Source of the DNA: Mobula hypostoma
Taxonomy: Eukaryota
Reading direction: 5' to 3'
NCBI RefSeq assembly: GCF_963921235.1
Contig: NC_086097.1
Coordinates: 57,848,001 to 57,912,000, forward strand
DNA length: 64,000 bases
Shown: positions 1-10,159 of the stretch, piece after piece
How positions within the stretch are numbered: the stretch's first letter is position 1
How the letters are laid out: the number at the start of each line of letters is the position of its first letter
Translations under genes and position numbers: made by a program
The notes under the pieces: generated by a model
Told to the model about the DNA's origin: nothing
Databases searched by the model: none
Seen by the model: only the letters and a program-made list of their open reading frames with translations

Positions 1-180
1 GTGTTAACCTCACAATAACCTACCAACCTGCCCATCCTTGGGACGTGGAAGGAAACCCAGGCACCCAGAAGAAAACAACACAGTCACAGGGAGAATGTGC
101 AAACTCCATATTGATTGAACCTTGGGCTGGTTTGGCTCTATGAAGCAATTGTTCTATGAATTGAGCACTGTGCTGCCCTA
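1..180. mobile_element. SINE fragment (HE1/V-SINE-like)
   Basis: Contains 'gtggaaggaaacccaggcacccagaagaaaacaacacagtcacagggagaatgtgcaaactcc', which resembles the V-SINE/HE1 body of sharks and rays; recognised from memory only. Confidence 0.6.
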
Positions 181-232
181 GTGTTCTAATCTCCTTTTTT
201 CATATAGATTCTTATTTCAGCTTGCTTTATAT

Positions 233-1700
233 TTGAAAACTTCACTCATCCAGGCTGCTGTCCCCACATGCTTCAAATCAGCCAACATTATCCCTGTACC
301 AGTGAACTCTACACCTTCAGAACTGAACAACTACTGCCCAGTGGCACTGAGGCCAATCATCAAGAAGTGCTTTGAATGGCTGGTAATGGCACACATCAAA
401 AACTCCATTCCTGCCACATTGGACTCTCACCAATATGCTGATCGCCAGAACTGCTTGTCAATAGATGCCATAGCATCTGTCATGCACCTGTCCCTGACAC
501 ATCTAGAAAACAATGACACTTATGTCAGAAAGCTCTTTCTGGATTTCAGTTCGGCATACAACACTGTTATCCCACAGACCTTGGTGAACAAACTCTTACT
601 GCTCAGTCTAAATACACCATTGTCCAACTGCCTAACCAACAGACCTCAGACAGTCAGGATGCACAACTGTTCCTCCCTCCCCATCACTCTCAACACAGGC
701 GCTCTCCAGCGCTCTGTGCTCAGCCTATTGCTCTAAACTCTGCTCACAAATGACTGCACAGCCAAACACCCGAGTAATCACACTGTCAGGTTCACTGATG
801 ATACGACAATGGTGGGGCTCATCACACACAATAAGGAGATGGTTTACAGAGAGGATGTGAAACAACTTGAGGCCTGGGTCCAGCAAATAACCTCTTCCTC
901 AATGTCAACACTAAAGGAGATGGTTATCAACTTCAGGAGAACTCACACCATTCACATCCCTCTTTACATTGGCTGCACAGAAGTTTAAAACACCTGGGAG
1001 TGCGCATCTCGCACAATCTTTCACCATCCCAGAACATATTCCACATAATTAGGAAAGCTCACCAATGCTTTTACTTTCTGAGGACGCTGGAGAGAACTGG
1101 ACTATGTACATCTATACTCATGCCATTCTACAGAAGCACAACAGGGAGTCTCCTAATGAGCTGCATCTCTGCACGGCACCTGAACAACAGGAAGACTCTA
1201 CAAGGGGTAGTCAAAACTGCCCAATGCATCACCGGCACCAGCTTACTCACCGCCGGGGACATATATACAGACAGGTGCCGGCAAAGGATTCCACCCATTC
1301 TTCTCATGGGCTGTTTGTCCCACTCCCACCAGGGAGGAGGCTACATAGCATACATACCAGGCCAACCACTCAACGACAGTTACTTTCCCCAAGCAGTAAA
1401 GTTCATCAACACCTCCCACCCACTAACCCACACCTCCACATTCCCAACTACCACTGCTTACTATTTCCTGTCAGCCATCTCATATACAGACACTCTTGTG
1501 CCTAGCGTCATTTTACAGATAATCTATGTACATAAGTTATCTTAGTATTTATACTTACTGTGTTTTTTTGTTATTGTGTTCCTTACCTTATTGTATTTTT
1601 TTGTGCCACATTAGATCCAGAGTAACAGTTACTTCATTCTCCTTTACACTTGTGTACTAGAAATGACATTTAACAATGTTGAATCTTGAGTTTCTAAAAT
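233..1700 (+). mobile_element. Rex1/Babar LINE, 5'-truncated and degenerate (RT plus 3' UTR)
   Basis: ORF 233-736 reads VPTCFKSANIIPVP..LNNYCPVAL..FLDFSSAYNTVIP; ORFs at 1000-1545 cover the C-terminus; T-rich 3' UTR ends in an atcttga-like tail. Confidence 0.85.
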
Positions 1701-2136
1701 ATTAAAAATAATCAGGCATATTCTTACTGCTACAATTCCATCAATTATCTTAGAAGGAAATAGAATGAATCGCAACATGAGTACAACATGCAATTCCCCC
1801 TCCCCCAACTTACCATATGGCCAAACCTCTACAGACAGCTTATAGCTGACCTCGGAGAAAACACTCCACAAAAAATATAGTCATCTCTGTGGCAAGAAGT
1901 TGCTTTTTCCAGATAGTGCTTGTTTCAGGCAGCAGTTTAATGAGATTCCTGCTTCCCAGCTGTCATGTTATCATCAAATTGTCTGGAACAGTCAATCACA
2001 TTAAAGAATTCTCATAACCAACCTAGAAGTAAAATGCATATTTTTAAAGTAACTTAAAAGTAACGCAGAGTAGTAAATATATCTGGCAATTGATACATGA
2101 ATGTAGTCGAAGCTGAGATATCATTAAAGTTAAAAT

Positions 2137-2275
2137 CAGTCCTGATGAAGGTTCTCGGGCTGAAACATTGACTGTTTATTCCCCTCCAGAGTTGCTACCT
2201 AACCTATTGAGTTCGTCCAGCATTCTGTCTGCATTGCTCTGCATTTTCAGCACCTACAGAAGCTCTTGTGCCAAT
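2137..2275 (+). mobile_element. Penelope-like terminal (pLTR) fragment with degenerate hammerhead core
   Basis: cagtc-CTGATGA-aggttctcgggct-GAAAC-att-gactg at 2137-2174, followed by the same tail as the PLE at 49437-51337. Confidence 0.75.
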
Positions 2276-2522
2276 AAGATTAAAGCTCCTTACATCTGAA
2301 AAAATTGCCATGACAAAATTACAGTAACCATCTCAGGGCCAGATCATTTTCTAAATGATAATTTTTGCATGGTACTCTTCTAAAATCTCATACAAACCTT
2401 CTGACCAAAGATGAGATTCACAGTGTACATTATAGTAGAGTCAGCTTGTAAGTACTGTTGATGAGAATTCTCTTGACTGTTGTAGCAAAGGGTGTAAAGA
2501 ACACGACCAAAGAAGGGATTCT

Positions 2523-2776
2523 CTTTTTTTGGCACGTGCCTGCGTGCGTGCGTGATGATGTCTTTTTCATGGCTTTTACAAGCGAGAGAGAGACTGTGTG
2601 ACATGTCACTCCTCACACAGACATTTTCACAGTGTTTATCCCTTTATTTTTATGAGGTCGAGTTGTGATCTCGGGCACGGATGGAAAGTGTATTCGGGAG
2701 CGGACCCGACTGATTTTGAACCTGGTAACCTCTGCTCCCAGGTCCGGCGCCGATGTCATTGTGCTACCAGCCGGCC
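2523..2776 (-). mobile_element. tRNA-derived SINE with 16-bp TSD
   Basis: Minus strand has an A-box-like TGGTAGCACAATG and a B-box-like GGTTCAAAATC, then a (gcac)n/polyA tail. Direct repeat ccaaagaagggattct at 2507-2522 and 2777-2792. Confidence 0.85.
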
Positions 2777-3099
2777 CCAAAGAAGGGATTCTAATCATCG
2801 ATAGAGGTTATGCCATTTTGCATGAAACTTTGGGTGAATATCTCAGAGCTGTATCAATTTCACAGAGTAATAAAGTGAAAACATTTGAATTTCACAGAAT
2901 ATTTATTTAATTTAATCAGTTAATTTAATTCCATCACCTGTAGAGGTCTAGTCTCCCTACCTATGAGAAGATACACTTTGCAGTAGAGGGAGTTCAGATT
3001 GACACCTAAATTGTTGGTTTTGTTGTGTGAGGACAGATTAAGCAGACCAAACCTGCCACTCTCTTCTGTTGAAAAGAATGAGAAGTGATTTGATTGAAA

Positions 3100-3450
3100 T
3101 ATATAAGGCAAAATATTAGGTGTGCTCCATATGGACTTTAGTAAGGGATGTTTCTCGGTCTCGCACAATAGTCTGGTCCAGAAGGCCAAGGGATCCAAGG
3201 AGAGGTGGCTAAGTTAGCCTGTAGATGTGAAGCAGAAGGTAGAGATGGAAGGATGTTTTTCAGACTGGATGTCTGTGACCAGTGGTGTACTAGGAACAAT
3301 GCTGTTGAGAGTGATGTGCATGTATTAATGACTTGGACTTGAATGGTAGGAAGCATGATTAATAAGCTTACGAGTGACATGAAGTTGGTGGTGGTGTGAA
3401 TGGAGAGGAAGGTTGTCTAAGGCCACAGCAGGACGTAAATCAGATCAGAT
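3100..3450 (+). mobile_element. Old CR1 LINE RT fragment
   Basis: Degenerate MDFSK, VTSGV and 'gttggtggtggtgtga' segments homologous to the CR1 copies elsewhere in the window. Confidence 0.7.
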
Positions 3451-3456
3451 AAATCA

Positions 3457-3645
3457 CTATGTATACGAGACTTTTAGCCAGGTACCATGATGCAGGCAAA
3501 TGGGTAAAAAGATCAGTATGGATGCAGTGAGGCGAAGGACCCATTTTTGTCCTGCAAATCTTTGACTCTGACTCTTTGGAGAAGGCAGCGAGTAGTGACT
3601 TTGCTGTTGGCTGCAAAATCTGGGCCGATGTAGCTCTGGTCTGAT
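3457..3645 (-). CDS. Candidate terminal coding exon of the unidentified host gene
   Basis: Unique, non-repeat sequence. Acceptor ttttatgaagtacag| gives phase-0 IRPELHRPRFCSQQQSHYSLPSPKSQSQRFAGQKWVLRLTASILIFLPICLHHGTWLKVSYT*. The alternative AG 5 nt upstream (exon 3513-3650) gives YRSDQSYIGPDFAANSKVTTRCLLQRVRVKDLQDKNGSFASLHPY*. Both fit the phase-0 donor at 21732. Confidence 0.5.
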   Translation of the reverse strand: MRPELHRPRFCSQQQSHYSLPSPKSQSQRFAGQKWVLRLTASILIFLPICLHHGTWLKVSYT

Positions 3646-4335
3646 CTGTACTTCATAAAAATGTTGAAAGACAAGAAGGCTAAACATCCCAGATGGTATT
3701 AATAGTTAAGGACCATTGATTTGAAATGTTTGGCTTGTGTGTAATGGAATGAAATTCCAAATTCATACTTATTTCCTTAAAGTCCTACATATCATAACAG
3801 CCATTAATCAGCATCTTAATTATTTTGGACAGCGCGATAGAGGCTTTTGAAACAGACATGTGGAGACTTATACACTCTAAACACATGCCTATGGTAGAAG
3901 AACTACGTCAACTCTTTATTCTGCCATTTCAAAATATAGGATCAAGTTTTTGTTGTTCTTTCCTATCTTGGAGATGGTGTCATAGGAAGGACATATCCTT
4001 TCTACTTCCTGCCTTGAGCTGATTTTGGACAGAGATCGCAAATCCAGTAAAATAACAATGTAGAGTCCCAGCTCACTCTTTGAACTGTGTAGGTCCCAGC
4101 TCATTGCTTGCACTGTGAAACCATGAGAAATTAAAATCTCAGCCTGTATACCTATCCATCCACCCGCTTTTAGGATCAAGTATGCACATTTTAAAAGAAT
4201 CAGCATATGTATAATTCTAATCCTTCGTGGACTTGTAACTACATTTTCCAAACCAGGGTTTGTTTTCTTTCATCTAATCTTCGAAAGTTGAAAGGGGCAG
4301 AATAACAGAGTACAGAGTACAAATAGTCATTAATC

Positions 4336-5760
4336 CTTTTCAATATTGTTATTAGTTTCTACATAGAAGAATACAGAGTACAAGAAAGTATATATATAGA
4401 AAGTCAAAAAAAACATTGTATCTATTCATAATAACAATCTCATCACCCCGTATTCATGTGGGTTAGTCAATAGTTATAATAAAATATACTAATTTATTAC
4501 AAAAAAAGAGTCTAACCCCTACCAAGACCGAAGCTGTTTATTAAAGAGGAAAAAAGGTAAAATACCTTCTCGTTTAATAAAAATTAATAATAGCCAACAT
4601 CTAAATTTAAACGGGAGGAGAAGATGGCGATGCGACGCAGCTCGCAGCAGCTGCTCTGGTGGTGATGTCTGTTATTTGTCAAGTGGGGTGCCGTGCACAA
4701 TCCTGATTTGATGGAGATGGACATGAGAGCACGGAGGAACATCTGGTGAAACTTCTGAAATGCCTGCTTCATTGCTGCTGCTACTGTGTGGTCCAGAATC
4801 TCCGGAGAGGAAGGCCCCGAGTCCTCGGCTTTGCGTATTCCTCGGCGGCCGGGGTGGGGTCAAAGCGCTTGGCAGATGATGGTGCTCGGAGAGGCTGTGT
4901 TGGAGGGGCTGGTCGGAGGCTCGAAGTTTTTGGACAGACTCGGAGTCCGCTGCGGTCGGGTGTTTCCAATGATGCTGCATCGGCAAGTTTGCGGCGCTTG
5001 GAGGTTCATGGCAGGGAGTTTCTCCCTTCCGCCACCTGTGTGAGATGATGAGTCGATCGGGACTTTGAGACTTTTTTTTACCGTGCCCATGGTCTGCTCT
5101 TTATCAAATTATGGTATTGCTTTGCACTGTTGCAACTATATGTTATAATTATGTGGTTTTGTCAGTTTTAGTCTTGGTTTGTCCTGTGTTTTTCTTGTGA
5201 TATCATTCTGGAGGAACGTTGCATCAATTTTTAATGCATGCATTTCTAAATGACAATAAACGAGGACTGAGTGTCCTCATAATCTAATCTAAACAACGAA
5301 TTGAGGGTTTTGAAAGTTTTGAAAATAATTCAGAAAGGATCCCCACAATGTTTGAAAGTCTTGATGAGATTCAGAAATTGAACAACAAATCTTCTCTAAA
5401 TCTAAGATAAAGATAAGCTATCACGTTTTTATTTGGATATATTTCCCAACTGTGACAGATGTAATAATGGAGAAGCTTCATTAATTCATATGTTTTGGAC
5501 TTGTCCATGTATTGAAAAATATTGGAAGGAAGTTTTTCAAACTTTTTCTTTACTTTTCAAAGTCAATTTTAAGCCTAAACCTCTGACGGCCCTATTCGGT
5601 ATTGTTGCAGGACAAGATATCAAGCTGAAGATATCTGATCTACATATTTTGGCCTTTAGCTCTCTTATAGCTAGGAGGGAGCTTTTGTTTAATTGGAAAG
5701 ATGTTTTTCCTCCTACTCATGCTCAATGGTTATGCGACGTTATGTCATGTTTAGATTTAG
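4336..5760 (-). mobile_element. L1 LINE 3' end with 5' inversion, 15-bp TSD
   Basis: Plus part 5415-5760 encodes the L1 ORF2 CCHC region (CDRC..HMFWTC..MSCLDLE). The minus part continues LDLEKI..LWG into the 3' UTR down to 4336. TSD aaatag(t/c)cattaatc at 4321-4335 and 5761-5775. Confidence 0.85.
4612..5292 (+). mobile_element. ~680-bp non-coding retroposon (copy 1), inserted in the L1 3' UTR
   Basis: Starts GGGAGGAGAAGATGGCG, has a GC-rich body, and ends AATAAA-GAGGACtgagtGTCCTC hairpin-(aatct)n tail. Collinear with 44528-45157 on the minus strand. Confidence 0.85.
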
Positions 5761-6477
5761 AAATAGCCATTAATCAAATCATTTTCCTACCTCATTATTT
5801 TGAATATTGTGTCTAACAAAGAATGAAGCTCTGGACAACCATGTTCCTCCTCTCCTTATGTCATGTGTTGTCTAAGGCTAATGCAGCCCAAACAAAATTC
5901 CTGCTTGTTTTATTTCTTCATTTCTATGAACAGGTAATAAGGGGCAGCCAGACTATGAGGCTCCAGACTGCAAAGCTTTGCTTCTAGCATCCTATCCTCA
6001 TAAATGCAAAGCTGTCAGCGGGAGAGTTGAGTAGCTGGAATCTATAAACAGCTGATGTGGATTTTTTTTCTTTAAGCTGTGACTTAAATGTGGTTTCTCT
6101 TGGAGATGAAAGGGACCATATTCCCTCTCTGTTGGCCTTTCTGGGCCGTGTTTCAAAAGCACAAAATATACACCACATTATTATTATAAATCTATTCCTG
6201 CTGTTTGTTATAAAGTTTTAAGTGGCTATATCTTTTTTTTGTTACATTTATTAGGAGTTGTGATTTCATAGGCTTGGTGCAGGAATCTGGTAAAACACAT
6301 AATATGCCAGTGTGTTTAGTGAAATGATTACTAATTCAATTTGTTCAGCACAATATTGTGAGCCAATGGGCCTGTAGCTGTTCTGTACTGTTCTATGTTC
6401 TATGTTCTAAAACACAGGTTTATGAATTGCTTACTATTAAGAAAGAGCAATATTTTAATGAAACATTATCAGTAATG

Positions 6478-6968
6478 GAGACACACATATCAAATTTGCT
6501 GGTGGACACAGCAGGCCAGGCAGCATCTCTAGGAAGAAGTACAGGTGACGTTTCGGGTCGAGACCCTTCGTCAGGATTAACTGAAGGAAGGGCTATTGAG
6601 AGATTTGAAAGTGGGAGGGGGAGGCGGAGATGCAAAATGATAGGAGAAGACAAGAGGGGGAGGGATGGAGCCAAAAACTGGACAGGTGATTGGCAAAAGG
6701 GATATGAGAGGATCATGGGACAGGAGGCCCAGGGAGAAGGAAAAGGGGGAGGGGGGAAAAAACCCAGAGGACGGGCAAGGGGTATAGTCAGAAGGACAGA
6801 GCGAGAAAAAGGAGAGAGAGAGAAAGAATGTGTGTATATAAATAAATAACGGATGGGGTACGAGGGGGAGGTGGGGCATTAGCGGAAGTTAGAGAAGTCA
6901 AGGTTCATGCCATCAGCTTGGAGGCTACCCAGACGGAATATGAGGTGTTGTTCCTCCAACCTGAGTGT
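6478..6968 (-). mobile_element. Penelope-like element 3' fragment (end of GIY-YIG ORF plus pLTR with hammerhead)
   Basis: Closely matches the reverse complement of 50860-51337; hammerhead core at 6542-6579. Confidence 0.9.
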
Positions 6969-6969
6969 G

Positions 6970-7126
6970 TGGCTAAAGGGATCAGGGGCTATGGAGAGAA
7001 GGCAGGTACAGGGTTCTGAGTTGGATGATCAGCCATGATCATACTGAATGGCGGTGCAGGCTTGAAGGGCCGAATGGCCTACTCTTGCACCTATTTTCTA
7101 TGTTTCTATGTTTCTATGTTTCTATG
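6970..7126 (+). mobile_element. CR1 3' end with (tttctatg)n tail
   Basis: 'gaagggccgaatggcctactcttgcacctattttctatgtttctatg' is a typical CR1 3' terminus. Confidence 0.85.
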
Positions 7127-7892
7127 TGACCAGAAGTAAATTGAGACTTAGAGGATGCGATAGAATACACTGGGGATTTTAATACCCCTATTGCAAAATT
7201 CCAGCTTATTGTTTCTATTAATCCTCCATTCCAAATTCTTAGAAGTTTCATCATTGCTAACTTTTGATGCCAGTTTCTGTTCATTTCTGTGCCGAACATA
7301 AGTGTCAAAACTGCTTGCCAAACTAACACCAGATTAAAGGGTTTTTGCTATTGTTGATGTGCAAGTCTTGTAAGTATCATCAGGCAAGGCCAGAAGTATA
7401 ATTAACATTGCAAACAAGAAGCAGCTTCTATGTGTGCCTCTGCCATCAGATTTGCAACAATATTCTCTCCTGTCATTCAAATAGACCAAATGATGTCAAG
7501 CTCCTGTGAATGCAAGTGCAGCGTTTCCTGAAAAGACAATTTTCATTTCAGGCTAAGTAACCTTACGATGAAGTGATAAGTGATGGTTACAGTTGGCTGA
7601 ACCTTCCAGCTCCAATGATTAACTATTACAATTCAACAGTCATATTCCTATGGATTTTAAATATTCTTAGATATTAATAAGAATAAAAGCTTAATCTTTC
7701 ATTCTTTCTTTGCTTATTTAATTTTTGTCCATTCAATTTTTTATTCCATAGTTCCTGAATTTGTGCTAATGTATTTTTCCATATCTCGCATTCTCGTTCT
7801 TTTCCTGTCATGTTTAGCGAACAATTGGACCCTGTGTCAGACAGATTAGGAATGTAGTTTCAAATAGATGAACAATATGACCTACCTTGAGA

Positions 7893-8250
7893 ACTAAGGG
7901 AGACTGTAGATGCTGGAAATCTAGCTCAACACACACAAAGTGCTGGAGAAACTCGGTGGGTCAGGCATTATCTTTGGAAGAAAACCAGCAGTGGATGGTA
8001 TGGGCCAAGACCCTTCATCAGCACTAGAAAGAAAGGGGGCAGAAGCCAGAATAAAAGACTAAGGGGTGGGGAAGAAACAGGATCTGGAAGATGATAGGTG
8101 ATTCCAGGTGAAGGAGAGGGCAGGAGGGTGGGGAAGGTGGTTCAAACGCAATAATATAAAAAACTGGTTGGGGAAGGCAAAGATCTGAAGAAGAAGGAAT
8201 CTGACAGGAAAGGACTATGGAATAAAGAAGGGAGGTGGGAGCCAGAGGGA
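7893..8250 (-). mobile_element. Older Penelope-like pLTR fragment
   Basis: 'ctgtagatgctggaaatct..cacacaaagtgctggagaaactc..cccttcatcag' followed by a purine-rich tract, as in the other PLE copies. Confidence 0.75.
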
Positions 8251-8389
8251 TCTTTCCAAGATGGCACCAAGTTGTGACCTCTGTTGAGTTGTAGCTCAGA
8301 TTTAGTTGCTTTTTTAATTATTTAATTTTGAATTGTTCATTTTTAATTTTTTTTAGGTTCATAAGGATGATCTTGGAGACAGAGAGGAG

Positions 8390-10158
8390 AGTTAGGGGTC
8401 AAGTTTGGGTTTAAGAAAACAATGTGGGGGAATTAGAGGACAGGATGGAGACTAAGTCTCCACTCCATCTTCGAAGACCAACGTCACACATCTGCGACAT
8501 TCGTGGCTGTATGTCAGATGGTGTACCAGCAGAAAGTGAATGAGTCCTCCCCTCCCAGGTCAGCAAATCGTTGATTGGTTCAAGAGTTGGCAAATCCTGA
8601 GTCGACAGCTAGACCTGTTGCCCAGGCTGCAAAACGGGGAGTAGCCTTTATTCAGCCTTCTAGGCAGAGGCTAACAAATTCTCCCTTGTCCTAGTCCATT
8701 TCTCCTTGCGGCATTGGACTAGATCTTTGGCTGCAGGAACCCCAACCTCGGTCTCCTGCTCCAGGAAGAGTAGCGGAGAATACTCAAACTGGCACTCAAA
8801 AGGGTCATTCCATGCGCTGAATGCCGGAAAGTGTTGTGTGCGACCTCTGCCCACATCAAATGTTTGCACCACTCGTCTGGTCTCTCAGAGGCCTGGCACC
8901 TCAGGGTTCGTCCTAAACCTTGGTTCACCTGCTCCACCTGACTGTTGGACTGCGGGTGAAACCCAGAGGAAAGACTCACTGTTGCACCAGTCAACTTACA
9001 GAATGCCCTCGAAAAATGTGATGCAAATTGCAGACCACAATCTGATGCAATGACCACTGGAAAGCCATAGATCCTGAAGATCTGGTGCAGGACAATTTCG
9101 GCTGTCTCCACCACAGATGGTAGTCTGTCCAAGGTGGTGAATTTGCAGGCCTTCAAAAACGATTCACAATTACCATGATAACGGTCTTCCCCTCGGAAGG
9201 AGAAACACCCACAACAAAGTCCATGGAGATGTGAGCCTATAGTCTTTCCGGAACAGGTGAAGGAGCCCTTAAGGTTGGGTGTGGGGCTCCTTGCTCCTTG
9301 CACACACTTCGCATGCCTGCATGTATTGATAGACTTCCCTCGCCATTCCAGGCCACCAATATCTTCTCTTAATGAACTCGGGTCCCTGAGTGAGCAGTCA
9401 TTCTCAATGCCAGGCCCATTGAAGAACTTGTGACCGAACGGGACTAGGAGTGAACTGCACCCAGACGGCCATTCTGAGGAATCTCCCCTTGCACCAGGCC
9501 TTGTGAACAAGTGTGTTGATTCCCCAATGAATTGGTGCTATCAATTTGACTAGGGGCAAAATTGTGTTAGGCTGCTTTTCTCGTTCAGGTTCATCGAACT
9601 GATGGGACAAGGCATCTGGCTTCTGGTTCTTTGACCCTGGTTGATAGGTCAAGATGAAGTTAAAATGGTTAAAGAAAAGAGACCACCTGGTCTGCCGGGA
9701 ATTCAGTCTCTTGGCCTCCTGAATATAAGCCAGGTTCTTGTGGTCCATCCATATGATAAAGGGACCTTGTCCCCCTCAAGCCAGGACGTCATTCCTCCAG
9801 AGCCAACTTGACCGCGAGCAGCTCTCTATTCCCAATGTCATTATTCACCTTTGCCCGGGATAGTTGCCTGGAAAAGGACGCACACGGGTGCAGTTTATTG
9901 TCTGAAGATGTCCGTTGAGACAACACTGCACCCACTCTGTTGTCTGAGGCATCCACTTCCATGATGAAGAGAAGGTCCGGGTTAGGTGCAGCCAAAGTGT
10001 GTGCTGTTGTGAACTGCTGTTTAAACCCTGCAAAAGCAGCCCCCGCTTCAGTACTTCAAACAAAGGGGCCCATGGATCTCTTAGTTAGCGCTGTCAGCAG
10101 TCCTGCCACTGAGCTGAAGTTTCTGATGTACTTTTGTTAAAAGTTAGCAAATCCCAAA
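8390..10158 (-). mobile_element. pol: Sushi-like (chromoviral) Gypsy element, 3' part: RT end, RNase H, integrase
   Basis: [59 protein letters not shown]; many frameshifts. Confidence 0.9.
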
Positions 10159-10159
10159 C

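Noticed and set aside
6358..6849. 163-aa ORF and similar recurrent ORFs (TSKLLVNAAGQAAS..)
   Set aside because: Antisense translations of the non-coding Penelope pLTR.
7380..7530. Good minus-strand acceptor (ttgtcttttcag)
   Set aside because: All three frames stop within about 20 codons and no donor was found.
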